A program made the translations under genes and the position numbers. The notes under the pieces are model-generated. The model did not search any database. It worked only from the letters and a program-made list of their open reading frames with translations, and was not told the DNA's origin. This document shows, piece after piece, positions 1 to 15,143 of a stretch of DNA of 64,000 bases; the stretch's first letter is position 1, and each line of letters begins with the position of its first letter. The stretch lies in assembly GCF_009914755.1 (NCBI RefSeq), contig NC_060925.1, one strand, 5' to 3'. Origin of the DNA: the human T2T-CHM13v2.0 reference genome, Homo sapiens.

Positions 1-934
1 TGTTTTCTCTTTATTTCAATAGTGGTTCAGAGTTGCACATTAGTGTCATAAAGCTGAGAGGTTTATAACATTTTTTTTTAAATTGTGCATCTATATAGAA
101 AAGGCATGCCTAGAGGTTTTACTCATTTTAAAAGCATAGTATTACATTAATTTTGCATAGAACTTTGTAGCTTGCAAAGTACTTTAATATAAATAATACA
201 ACTTTTCTTTTCTGGATACAAATAGGTAATATTAACATTAAAACCAAACATGGTCGCATCTTGACCCCATTTGTGCATACACTGGCAGTGCCTCTCATCT
301 TTGTGTTTTATAAAGCTTGGAGGTGATGTTTGATTTTGTCTCAAAACATTGCGTGGCAGGTACTGTTATCCCAAGATGTCCATTGTTTTCTTTCTCTTCT
401 GTTCTGGTTTGTTTTCTTCGTGTTCTCTGTCCTCCAAACTACTTTGAAAATGCCTCACAGGGACTGTAACAATGCTAAAATGACAGTGCTAATGTCCATG
501 CTGACTCTTGTACCAGAGAGGTGCTGTGTTCCCCAGGGAAGTGGAGAGAATGCTTTGCTTTAACCAATTTTATGCTACATTTTCCTCCCTTCTTCTTCCA
601 CATAATTGGATACTTATCACCAAGTACAGATTTTTTGAGCAGGCCCCCCATCAACTCGTAAGGCACACTCAGAAAAACCCTAGCACTGGGCCCAGTTTAG
701 GCTGACACGGGAGGTTTTTCTGACAACCTTTTGAGACAGTTGGGGAAAGTCATTGTTTGTCCCATTTAACATATTAGAAACTAAAATACAAGGTAGTTGT
801 TTTAAAAAATTTTTTAAACAATTATTAACAATTAGTTAAATTAGGGAATCAGATACATTTCTACTTATCTTAACCTGGATCTTTTCTATTATTTCTTTGT
901 CTAAGCAGTAGCAGCTCTGTGGTGTAAGGATGTC

Positions 935-1092
935 TAATTGCCCCTAAATGAGAAAAGCTGCCCAGGCAGAGGTGAATTTCATGTGAGTGGTTTAGAGGCA
1001 GACAGAGGCTGGCCGCTGGTACATCGGAGTGATCAGATACCAGATGGGGAATATGAACTAGATAATCTCTATGATGACTTCCCAATCCTCTT
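935..1092 (+). mobile_element. L3/CR1 LINE 3'-end fragment
   Basis: Sequence agctgcccaggcagaggtg...cagaggctgg...gaactagataatctctatgatgacttcccaatcct resembles the L3 3' terminus (ggactagatgacctctaaggtcccttccaactct); highly diverged. Confidence 0.55.
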
Positions 1093-1713
1093 TTGGTTTG
1101 TAATCCCACAGCTAAATCGAAAACCAAACAAACAACAATGTGGTTCTGCTGAAGGGAAGGGAAGGGTCTGGGCTTTTATTAAAAGAGGGGTGAGGGGCAC
1201 TGGGAGGAATATACAAAGCAAAGTGGTTGATGATATCTCAGAGAAAGGCAGAGGGAATGGCTTCTCAGCTTACGTAAGGGCAGGGTGGAGAGAAGCAGAT
1301 TGTGGATTAGTAACTCGATCTTAATGCAAGGGCAGAGAAGCATTGACCTGACTGTAAGTCTTCCCTGGCTGCAGAAATTTGAAGATAAAATAACGAAACA
1401 GGGTAAGGAGGGGACTGCCAGGTGCAGGTTCAAGAGTGGAGTGGGAGCAAAGTGTTTAGTTCAGAGGCAGCTCCACCAGACAGAGGAGTCTCAGAACACT
1501 CTCCAATTTAATTTTGGCTCCCTGTCCATGTCTAGGGGCAGCACCACCTAACAGACACCAGAGCAGTATCATTGGTAATGGTGGAACAAAACTCTCTAAT
1601 ACGCAGTAGCCAATCAGGGGAATTCAGCCTCACAGGAAAGAAGAAAGACAAATGACAGTTTGACACTTCCAGAAATCCCCTCTTCTAAGGCCCTCATTTT
1701 GAATAAACATTAA

Positions 1714-2149
<436 letters not shown>

Positions 2150-2254
2150 TGTTCATTCATTTTTCTACAGGCTTCCCAGCATCTAGGCTTTCAGTACACT
2201 TGATTCCTCTCACACACTAGGACTTGTCCGTGTGTGTGTGTGGTGTGTTGATCA

Positions 2255-2720
2255 TGTTAAAGAAAAAAATTATTCAGTGTTCCTGTCATAAGGAACCCTT
2301 TATTTTAATAAGGAACACTTTATTTAGGACTATTTCAGTAGGTGCCAAACTATCTCAATACAGAGAAAGAAAAGGCTCAATTCTGAATACTTCAAGGATA
2401 GCTGGAGAACTGGGGATTTATAGCCAAGAAGCAAGGGGCAGGGGACAGTGGATAAAGAATTACTAAGAGAATATATCAGTGCTATGGAGAATTTTTGCTG
2501 AACTAACTTAATGAAACCAAGGTTTGAGGATGAGGAATTTGATCAAATGTTGAGGATGATCAGATATAAAAGGTAGGGGAATTGCTCTAAAGTCACTTAG
2601 CAGGATTCTTGCTAAAACCAGATTAAGTAAGCCAAAGACAAGGCCCAAGAATGAGGCTTAGTTGAAAACAGGATTCAGAAGAGCTTGTCTAAAATCTCAT
2701 AGAGGACAGTGTCTTGGTCA
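2255..2720 (-). mobile_element. MER31-type ERV1 solo LTR
   Basis: Begins tgttaaagaaaaaaattattca and ends cttggtca; internal atttatagccaagaagcaag, gatcagatat and cttagcaggattcttgctaaaac match recalled MER31 consensus. Confidence 0.8.
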
Positions 2721-4109
2721 GTGGAAGGCAGTAGGCTTGTCATGGCACCATCTTTTCTTCTGAAATGACCTGTGTTTCTTACCTTTGACCTATGAACTGT
2801 GAACATTCATACTCCTAAGTCTTTAACCATTAGGACATGATACTCCACCTGACAACTCATACAGTTGCCTTTATTTCTTTTATCTCAGCTGTAGAAACTG
2901 AGTGTTGTAATAAACAACACTCTACTGAATGATGTAATATTTATTTTGAAATCGTATTTTTTTTACATTTAAAAAATGCATTCAGACAGCTTTAATAATC
3001 TGAAATCTGAGTGAAGACCACATCAGAAAATAAAAGCAGTTTTTCTTTGCAGTTGGATAAACTGAGACAGGTAAAATGTGTTTCTCCTGGTAACAGCAAA
3101 AGTAACAGAATTGGGAATATAATTCACACTCTGATTCCTAGGTCCCTGTTCTCATCAATAAAATGCAGTCAACACCCTGCTCTCTTGCTCTGATTGCTGT
3201 ATTTACATGCCCCAATTCTCCCATTAAATCTACATTGTATTTGTATTTAAATGTAAATTGTATTTAGCTTCTCCAGCAGAAGCTTTAATTTTTATAGCAT
3301 GTTTAAGAGCACTAAGGGGAGGTTATTAGAATTCTGTCTTGAGATCTCAGGTGAAAAGGTAGTGCAAAGGTTAAATGACTAATCACAGGACATATACAGA
3401 CCACTATTGCCAGTGTAGATGATGTTTTTCCTTCTACTTTTGTGAATGTTTGAAAAATTTTAAACCAAAGCATTTAAAATAACAATGAAATCAAAATATG
3501 ACAAATAAAAGGAAAAATGAGTACCCACTTGCCCACTAAACTTGCTTCCTAATATAATACCTTTAATAGCTAATTATCTTTGATTCTTATGTTTTCCAAA
3601 CCCCATTCACCTCTAGCATAGGTTTGCATGCATATAATGACTATGATGTGTTGAATAGCTTCAGGAAAAATACTGAGGTTTGAACTTACATATTGTCTTG
3701 GTATATATGTGCTAACTATTGACATTAATATACTCTTGGTTCCTGACTACACATAAGATCCCTAAAGTGAAAGACACTGGATATAACATTGAAAGGAAAT
3801 GGACATGATGAAATTTCCCAGTAATTAGGAATATTCCTATGTGATGAGGAAACTGAAAATTCTACCAATATTTTCAGGAATTTCTGTTCAATCCAGAATG
3901 TGGGTAAAGAATAATGTAAAGCTCTGGTTTTAACACAAAGAGAAAAATAAGACTTTATAGATTTTACCAAGAATTGGTAAGTGGAACTCTTAATTAGAAT
4001 AGAGCTAGGAAAGAGTAGAATTTGTGCAAAATATAGAAGGGAAAATTGGGAAAATCTTTTATGTGACTACATATGCTATACAAGATACAGTATTTTAAGA
4101 AATTTAAGA

Positions 4110-4610
4110 AGGGGAATGACATAATTAATTTGCATATTCTTAAAACAGCATGACAGTGATTAGAGGGGAAAAACAAGTGTCAAAAAGCCAATTTGGTGGT
4201 TTTACAGAAATGTAGATAAGAAATAATGGATGTCTAAACTAATACACTTACATGGTCAAAAGAAGGGGCCATATTTGAAGGATAATGAAGAGGTGAAATT
4301 AACAGTAAATATGAGACTTAAAGCATCTGCCTTAGAAATTTGGGTAGATGGTGGCTCAATTTACCAAGATAGAGGATGCACAAATCTGTTGAGAAAATGT
4401 TGAGATTTGGAAATTTTGCTATGAAGTGGTTATGGGATATTTAATTTAAGATGACCAGCAGTCAATGGAAAAATCACACATGGAGCTCAATCAGGATGTC
4501 TAGGGAGAGATACTTATAGTATCCAGGTTATGGAGATATGAGATAACTGGAAAGACTACCACAAGTAGAAACAGACCTACAGATTAAACCTTGGAAATGC
4601 CACATGTAAT
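4110..4610 (-). mobile_element. L2 LINE fragment
   Basis: Degenerate purine-rich L2 motifs (gggtagatggtggc...ttaccaagatagagg, ggagctcaatcaggatgtctaggg, aaaccttggaaatgccacat). Confidence 0.6.
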
Positions 4611-4839
4611 TAATTAATAACAACTCTGCTATTGGCATTTTAAAGCACTAAATATAGTACTAAAATATATAGATATGTATCTTAATATATTTAATTATGT
4701 TTAAATATATTTAATGTATTTTAAAATATACATATATACACATATATTCATGTATAAAACACTTTGGAGCATATAAAAGGAAATATTCTGTTCTGAACTC
4801 TTTTCTAGTAAAGTTGAAAACTTTTTCTTAATCTTGAAG

Positions 4840-5040
4840 AATGTCTTCTGAAAGAGGAAGTAGACTTAGCCTACATAGTTTCAAAGGCATAATCAAGAGC
4901 AATTAAATAAGAAAGGACTTTCTAATAAATTAAACTGTGCCAAATAAGATAATTTGGCCAGGCAGAAGCAAATTTCCAGACACTAAAGTTATGTCTGACA
5001 TACACGAGGCACACAATAAACATTTGTTAAATGAATAAGA
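4840..5040 (+). mobile_element. L3 fragment followed by L2 3' tail
   Basis: L3-like gaggaagtagacttag...ataagaaaggacttttctaa, then L2 end caataaacatttgttaaatgaataa. Confidence 0.45.
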
Positions 5041-6004
5041 CTGATCATTTTTCTGAGAGTTGTAAATGATAAAATATTTAATGAGAAGCTCTTTAAAATG
5101 CCCCCTAAAATTGATTTCTGTCCAGTCTTATGACTGTAAGATTTTATACTGAGTAATTCTCTGGTCCATTTTTTGAGACCATTAAACATAAGAGCTCATC
5201 TGAAGATAAGATTTCCCTGAGATAGCTGCATAAAATTAACTTATCACCTTTCTCAGAGAAAAGGGTGCACCTGAATGTGTTGAGCCTACTCAGTCAAACA
5301 TAACCTAAAAATCCAATAAGACATTTGCACAGAACTAACACTTGACTGATATCTTTACTTTGAACATCGTTAGTTTCCTTAAAATTTTAAGATTTTGTTC
5401 TATTTCCATTTCATTTTCTCCTTTACCATTGTGCTATCCATGTATAATTACAGAGCTGAAAGTGGCCAGAAAGATCATTGATTAATCCATCTCCCTGGGT
5501 TCAGGCAGAATAACAATTAGATAATTTTGGACTAATGAAGTCATAAAAATTGTCACATAACAATTTCATGGCATATTATTTTCATAATTCATAAGTTTTA
5601 TATTTAGAAGTGTGAAGTACACAGGAACACGTATTTGATTTATTCTAAGACCTTTCTCCTAACTTATCTAGCTTTATTATTTTTTAAAAGGTTCTAGCTT
5701 GCTTTTAGATAAAACTTGAAACATATGTGCACCATGTCTCCTAATATTAACCTGTATGTATCTTTTTAAAATTGTTTTCATTTTTCTTACTTTTTTCTTA
5801 CTGGTTATCCAACGTATTTTTTTTTTCATGATATTATTCTATATGAACAGCACATTCACATTTTAAATTTTATACTTTTTTCATTATTAAGTCTTCAATG
5901 GCTTTGCAATGCTTCTGAATTAGGATGATGTTTATTATTCTCAAAGACATGTTTTTATATATTCAACCTCTCTGGGTTTCCTAAATCATGGTATTAATAT
6001 ATAA

Positions 6005-6416
<412 letters not shown>

Positions 6417-7754
6417 TAAAGTCAACTAGAATAAAATTGAATTTTAACACCAAACACATGCTATTGCCATTTTAGGGCAAAGTCTAAAGTAGAAATTGTA
6501 GTGAGAAAAAAGTTAGCTTTCCTAAGCAGATGAGTCAACAGAGAGAAGCACTAGCTTCTTCCATAATATTGATATTATAGCCAATATACGTAAATCATTT
6601 TTTCTTTGAGTTCTATGTGAAACCTTGTAGTTCAGTATCTTACTGAATATACTGGTGGAAAAATATAAATAGTATGTAACTCATTTGACTCTTTACAGCA
6701 CAAAGTATATAGGAACTTCATCCCTATCATTTCGATTGATGGTAAAGATGCGTGGCTTGTTCTGTCCATATGGGTCTAAATATTGACTGAGAAGTTATTA
6801 CCAAGTATTTATTTTGTGCTTGGGACAACACACAAAGTCTGATGCCATCAATTAAGATTATAAAGGTAATCTGGCCAAATAAAGGAACTAAAGAGATAAT
6901 CAGTCCAAGTTCGACTCAACAGATATTTAATACGTATGCATCAAGCATTTGCTAGATATTGTGTATGTGCAGGGAGAAAATTACTAAGTTAGTGCATCGC
7001 ACTAACTGTGGTTTAGATAATGGTTTTAGGTAGTAGATTGAGATGGTATTAAATGACAGAGTATCATACAATGGGTAAGCTCTTTTCACCTCTCTTCGAA
7101 ACCTCCTAAGTATTATCAAGGAGAATACTTCAGCTTGATGCTCCTATACCTTAAGCTCCTCTCTAATACAAGTATGTTTACAAAAGGGAGAGGCATCATT
7201 CTAAATATTTGAGGTACACAACAATATCATTACAATTTTATAATATGACTTTTATTTTTGTCATCTTATTTTAAGATTTCTCTTTAATTAGAGCTAACAT
7301 ATCATTTTTCTTTAGAATAAATGTATTTAAACCAATAAGCAAATAGTTTAAGTTAAAAGAATATTGACAATACAAGTGACACTCCAATATGGCAAACCTG
7401 TGGATTGTTACACAATGCATGAAGTTGGTAAGCACTGGACAGTTGTATTCTTTGCTCTTGAGAACCACCATCTGGGTTATTTTGCATGGGGTTATATTCT
7501 GTTCCTGAGTATTTTTTTCATTAGACTTCAAATCTAAGTGCTCTGTTTTATACTACTGGTAATATGAGGACAAAGATCATCAGCATCCTAGAAGCCTGTG
7601 CTATTTTTAAAATGAGATATAAGTGGTAGGGATAAGATTTATATAAAAAGACAAAACTTTTTAAAAAAGAAATAATTGAGAGCCACGTCTGCCTCAAATG
7701 CATTTTTCATCAAACATCATTTGGGTGGGGTGCTGGGAGAAAATATAGACAAAA

Positions 7755-7845
7755 AAAGGGAGAAAGAATGAAAGAGAGGAAGGGAGGAGAAAGGGAAGGA
7801 GGGAGGGAGGGAGAGCGGGAGGGAAGAATGAAAAAAGAATGAGCA
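7755..7845 (+). repeat. GA-rich low-complexity tract
   Basis: Near-pure purine run (gggagggagggagag...). Confidence 0.8.
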
Positions 7846-9529
7846 AATTCTATTATCTAGAAAGGATGGCTTTTCTTTTATTATCCCTGAATGTAGAGCT
7901 GTGAATTTACCCTAGATTTTAGCCCAAAAATATTTAACATGACTATATTCTTTTCTTAGATTGTAAGATAACTGCAATAACTGTTGGTCAAAAGTTGTTT
8001 CTTCCTTAGTATCCATTTTAACTACAGATTTTTCTTTTGGTTGAAAAAGAAGAATTATCTCTGAAGTAAGTACTGTCTATATGATATGGCAAGCATATAT
8101 ACATGGCAATCTCAGAATGCTTTAGTCAGGTTTTTTTTACTTGTCTATGGGATTATTTTTGTTTTCAGCTTCCAAATGCCAAGAGAAAAGAAACATAATG
8201 CATTTTTTAAAAATCTGGATGATTTTGCTTTTGATTTGAGATCTGGGCACTCATCTTATTCTTGTACTGCAATTAGAATCAAGCAAATCATTAAGCATTT
8301 CTAAGAGGAAATCCTATGTGAATTTAAACCACTTATATTTTTGCTTCACTTTTTCTGTTGTTAATTCACTACATCACACATAAAAAAAGCAGATCTAGGT
8401 CTAAGATTTACCTAACAAATTTCTTGATACATCTTTTTTATTGAGATAAAAACATAGCATTGATTTTTTTCTCCCCAGGTAGCTGCTTTCTAAATCCTCT
8501 ATGATTATAAAAGTAAAAAGGAAGGAAGTAGATGTAGGGAAAGGAAGAGAGAGAGAAAGGAAAGGAGGGAAAGGATCTTTTACTTAGATTCTTAAAGCCG
8601 CAAATAGGTAATGTTTTCAAGGCAAGTCTTCAATGCTGGGAGAAAAATAATCAAAGACTGGAGAAAATCTTGTACGAACATAGAAAAACTAAGGAGGATA
8701 TTTGCTTTCCTGCCATGTTCTGGGAAACTTTAAGAAATGAATCTATGTTTTTTTATTATACAACATGGAACATCATTTCTCTCTATTGCATTTGATGTTT
8801 AAAATTTTCTTATTTTCCTCTTAATATTTTAGTACAGTTTTATAAAAACTATTCTTACCAACACTGAATCATGCTGTTCATAAGAGAGCTAGCATTGCAT
8901 AAACACTGATATTTCATTGAGGTCAGGTACCAGTATTTTTCATCTTTATATCTTAATGCTTAGTGAAGTGGCTGAAATGTAGTAGACACACCATAAAGTA
9001 TTTGATAAAAAAAGGTGATTAAATGTTGTGTAAATGAGAAAGGTCAAATTTAAAACAAAACAAAATAAAACAATACACCAGCCTGAGTACCTAATTTAGT
9101 TGAAAATCACAAATGTTTACTGTGTGACTGCTATAGTTAACACACTGAATTCAATGCTGTAAATTACAGGAAATTAGGAAGCGTCTGATCTTCAAAGAAC
9201 AGTTTTAATATCAGCCACATATTTTGTCATGGTGTTTTTAAGTAATCAGCATCAAGTTTTGTTTAATTGACATAATTGTGACAGTAGGTATTGAATATTA
9301 AGAATGCCACGATTAATCTTACTAATTAGTTTTCTGGCCTTTTGTCCATTTTGCAGAAACTCAGAGGAAAGAGTCTTCATGTGTAAAACTTTGTGCCAGG
9401 AAGATATAGCAGTCATTCACTGAAACTAGAGAAGCCTTTATAATTTTAAGTTTGATATGAAACTTGAAGTGATTTCATTTTAGTTTGAAAATGATCATTT
9501 TTTTAGTCCCTGGCCATTGAAGAACCAGG

Positions 9530-10124
9530 TGTTGAGATGGTCAATCAGGACAATGAGCCAAACTTAAAGTAACAATCAAGCTTTTATTCACTGACTGTGG
9601 CATAGCAATCAAGAGGCAAACGTTGGCACTGGCTCACTGGCGTTTCTTTTTTTTCCCTGTGGAACAGCAGTAGGTAAGGGTCAGGTGGATCAGTGCAGAC
9701 AAGGAGTTGGTAAGGGGATGGGGGTCAGGGGAGAATTGTCTTACTGCCCAAGAGACCTGAATGAAAGGCTCCTGCCTTTTTTATGGACCAGTGGTTCAGG
9801 GATGGAGGGGAGGAGTGGAAAAGTACTGAGTTAAAGTGGAGAAAAATACCTCAGCCAAGGCCACCAGAGCAGAGATTTTGAATGAAGCACTTAGGCTAGA
9901 ATGCAGATATGTACATGAGCATGGCTGACTCGGGGAAGTGGGAGTGGCTTGAGTACTTGACTGAAACTCCTTTCAGAAAACTACAGTGCACCAAGACTTG
10001 TGTAGAATGGGCAATTTCCTTCCATGAGTCCTGCCAGGCAAGACTTTATGGTTGCCTGTAATTGAGCTGGAAATATCACATGTAGTGATATCAGCCTGGA
10101 ACCATAATGAACTGATTGACCATC
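9530..10124 (-). mobile_element. Probable ancient solo LTR, family unresolved
   Basis: TG...CA-bounded ~600 bp of raised GC; minus-strand AATAAA (tttatt 9583-9588) near one end and a TATA-like tttttat near 9780; no TSD found. Confidence 0.4.
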
Positions 10125-10129
10125 ATCCC

Positions 10130-10900
10130 TCAGCTCTTCAGCACTGGAGATTATATTAATGCATCTACATCAACCCTCTTCTGTTAGTGTCATCCTGACT
10201 GGAGTTCTCCAGTATTTGACTCAACAATATCATTTCTTTGTAAGCACTCACTATCTTTCAGATACTTGGTCTAATGGTCAATTACCCTCTTTTTCTGTTA
10301 ATCTTAATTTCCACTTCATATTGGCCATCTGCCACAAATAACAAAATAAAATACTGTCCCTGAGTTCCTTCAGTACTGTCCAAAAACAAAATAACTTGTC
10401 ATCGCTTGCCTTCCTTCTTCTTAGAGACAAAAATTCTTTTCCATCATATTTACATTTTTAAATATTATTCTCTTAAATTATTAAATGAGTCTTCTCATGG
10501 TTAAATGTGATTTTTTTTTCCAATCCAGACACCTGAATTCTGTTACCTCATTTGCTGATATACTCCCTTGCTTTGACACAGCCATCTCTTGGCATTTCAG
10601 TAGCAAGCCCTGCATTATCCTCACATTTTGCTTTCTCTACTCTGTTCCTACTTCTGGGCTACAGTGTTAGCTGTAGCCATCAAGCTTGGCTTACTAGACG
10701 CTTGTGCTCTCCAACCACAACTTGGCTGAGGACACTTGCTTGGCAATGCTCTCGTTCATCCCTCATTGGATTTCTGGCTGCCTCCCTTCAGTGGCAGATC
10801 TAGGCTTTGGCCTTCCATTCCTTTTCTTTCACCCACCTCTCCTTACAGATGACAACTTTTTCTATTCCTTCAGTGAGGTGTGAATTCTCCATCCTCCCGC
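10130..10900 (+). mobile_element. L2 internal fragment
   Basis: Pyrimidine-rich degenerate L2 ORF2-like sequence (tcatttgctgatatactcccttg...ctccttacagatgacaac); L2-like sequence resumes near 16390-16510. Confidence 0.45.
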
Positions 10901-12730
10901 TTAGTACCTCCGTGTTTATCTTTACTATTCCCTGTAGAAGAAAAGATGATACTCTCTTTTTCTCTAAAAGTAACACAGTAGCATCTGCAATATTGTGGCA
11001 TAGCATAATAGTTAAGAGCACAGGCTATTTTGGGGAAAATATGAATTCACATACTGTATTTATAGCTAAAATAAAATATGATGCAGTCTCAGAATTTGGA
11101 TTTTCACTCAATGCCAAAATAACGCAGAAAAACACAAAAAAGAAGACAGACAAATATATGAAACACTTGTTTTCAAGACAGTAGAATTAGCTACAAAAGA
11201 TGATAAACCATAAAAGACAGGAAACAAATGAAGTAAGCCTTATAATTACCCAAGCTTAGCAGCTTGAGAGAGTTTCTAGGCTGTAGCTCACTGAGAGAAG
11301 ACTCAGGCAGAAGCCAACCAACTTCCTTAATTGAGAAGATGAGAAGCAAGATCAGGAAAACCAAAGTGACATGACAGAATAACAGAGAGCTGCATGAAGG
11401 AAAAAAAAAAAAAAGAAAAAAACCTTGAGATTTGCAGAGGATACCTCTCAACTATTCAGTTGTGGAGTAATCAGTGTGTGCATGTGAAGAAATAACCTGA
11501 GGCTAGAGAAAAAAGGGATTACTACCTTTATATTCATACAGGGTTGGGAGCAGTGCCTCTTCCCACCATCTTAAATGGAGAAACTAATTGACAGGGTATT
11601 AGGTAGACTAATCAAGAAGGTCTTCTCTCAGGAGTGAAAAATAATTAGCCCTAGTTGGAGCACTGCTGAAAACCCACCTTGCAAAGCATAATATCCATAC
11701 CCGAAAGAATCAAACTGTTTTCAAGTATTAAACAACTTTAAATTACTAAATTAAACACAACAAAGCTTAAATTGGGAGTACAAAAATATCCACCATTCAA
11801 CAAGGTAAAATTCAAAATGTGTGGCATCCAATCAAATATTTTCAGGTATACTGAGAAAGCAGAAAAACATGGCTCACAATGAGAATAATTAGTAAGTTGA
11901 GGTGGATCCAGAATAGAAATAGATCTTAGAATTAGTAGGCAAAGATGTTTAATTAGTTACTATAACTATATTCTATATGTTCAAAAAGTTAAGAGAAGAC
12001 ACATAAGATATAAAAAAGGTTGGAATCTGAATTATGAGGATTAAAACTACAATGACAGTGATTAAAAATGTACTAGATGATAACCTAGAGAAGATTAAAG
12101 GCATATTAGATATAGTAGAAGAAAAAATTTTGAATTTGAAGACATAACTAGAAAGCATCCAAACTGAAGCAAAAAGATAAAAGAAAACAAAATCAATAAA
12201 ACAACATTAATGAGCTGTGAAATAACTTTAAGAAACATAATATATGGATAATCAGAGTCCCTGAGGTAGAGGGAGGAGAAGTAAATCTGTGAATCCAAGA
12301 AACTCTATGAACCCCAAACATAAAAACTATGAGGAAAACTAAACCAAGGCACATCATGATTAAAATACTCAAAGCTTGTGACGAATTTAAAGATCTGAAC
12401 TTTAACCAGAGGGAAAACAAGATGAATTTCATGCAGAAGAATAAATTTAAGGGTAACAGCAGATTTCTTTTTGACAGCAATACAAATGAGAAGAAAATAT
12501 AGCTAAGTCTTTAAAGTATTGAAAGAAAAAACTCTCAACCTAGAATTCTATACCCAGCACAAATATATTTCAAAAGTGAAGGCTATATAACATAAACTCA
12601 CTGTCAGACATACATACAAAAGCTGAAATAATTTATTACCAGTTAATTCACACTACAAAAAATATTAAAAAGTCCTCTAGGCAGAACAAAATAAAATGGA
12701 GATGGAAATATGGCTCCACACAAATGAATG

Positions 12731-12831
12731 TTCATGTCTTTTGTAGGGACATGGATAAGGTTGGAAACCATCATTCTCAGCAAACTAACACAGGAACAGA
12801 AAACCAAACACCACATGTTCTCACTCATAAG
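12731..12831 (+). mobile_element. Isolated 100-bp L1PA fragment (ORF2 end/3'UTR junction)
   Basis: ttcatgtctttt...ctcactcataag, near-identical to 13571-13670; interrupts the host L1M sequence gaatg|aagagcactagaaat. Confidence 0.85.
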
Positions 12832-12901
12832 AGCACTAGAAATGATAACCATGTGGGTAAATATAATATTATTTATTATTAGTTCTCTTTAAAAGATATT
12901 A

Positions 12902-13887
12902 AGAGCTTCTTTTGCACAGCAAAAGAAACTATCATCAGAGTGAACAGGCAACCTACAAAATGGGAGAAAATTTTTGCAATCTATACATCTGACAAAAGGC
13001 TGATATCCAGAATCTACAAATAACTTAAACAAATTTACAAGGAAGAAAAACAACCGAATCAAAAATTGGGAGAAGGATATGAACAGACACTTCTCAAAAG
13101 AAGACATTTATGCAGCCAACAAACATATGAGAAAAGCTAATCATCACTGGTCATTAGAGAAATGCAAATCAAAACCACAATGAGATACCATCTCACACCA
13201 GTTAGAATGGCGATCATTAAAAAGTCAGGAAACAACAGATGCTGGAGAGGATGTGGAGAAATAGAAATGCTTTTACACTGTTGGTGGGAGTGTAAATTAG
13301 TTCAACCACTGTGGAAGACACTGTGGTGATTCCCCAAAGATCTGGAACCAGAAATATCATTCTACCCAGGAATCCCATTACTGGGTATATACCCAAAGGA
13401 TTGTAGGTCATTCTACTATAAAGACACATGCACACGTATGTTTATTGTGGCACTGTTCACAACAGCAAAGACTTGGAACCAACCCAAATGCCCATCAGTG
13501 ATAGACTGGATAAAGAAAATGTGGCACATATACACCATGGAATACTATGCAGCCATAAATAAGAATGATATCATGTCTTTTGCAGGGACATAGATGAAGC
13601 TGGAAACCATCATTCTCAGCAAACTAACACAGGAACAGAAAACCAAAAACCACATGTTCTCACTCATAAGTGGGAGTTGAACAATGAGAACACATGGACA
13701 CGGGGAGGGGAACATCACACACCAGGGCCTGTCCAGGGTGGGGGGCTAGGGGAGGGATAGCATTAGGAGAAATACTTAATGTAGATGATGGGTTGATGGA
13801 TGCAGCAAACCAACATGGCATGTATATACCTATGTAATGAACCTGCACATTCTGCACATGTATCCCAGAACTTAAAGTATAATAATA
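12902..13887 (+). mobile_element. 5'-truncated L1PA7-like element
   Basis: ORF2 C-terminus plus 3'UTR ending catgtatcccagaacttaaagtataat; TSD AAAAGATATTA at 12891-12901 and 13888-13898 at a TTT/AAAA endonuclease site. Confidence 0.92.
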
Positions 13888-14001
13888 AAAAGATATTAGC
13901 TATAAAAATCAAAACAAATAACAGTACCTTATAGATTTTATTACAGATATAATGGTAAAATGTATGGCATTAAGGCCAAGCGGGGAAAAACAAAAGTATA
14001 C

Positions 14002-15143
<1,142 letters not shown>

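Noticed and set aside
385-525. Plus-strand exon after the long pyrimidine tract (cctcacAG at 460, donor-like gag|gtgctg at ~520)
   Set aside because: The donor is weak, the tract is separated from the AG, and the same bases are equally explained by the minus-strand candidate; it cannot be supported.
938-1324. 128-aa ORF
   Set aside because: It has a non-ATG start, overlaps a decayed L3 fragment and shows no recognisable domain.
10807-11184. 125-aa ORF
   Set aside because: It has a TTG start, spans the L2/L1 boundary and has no homology I can recognise.
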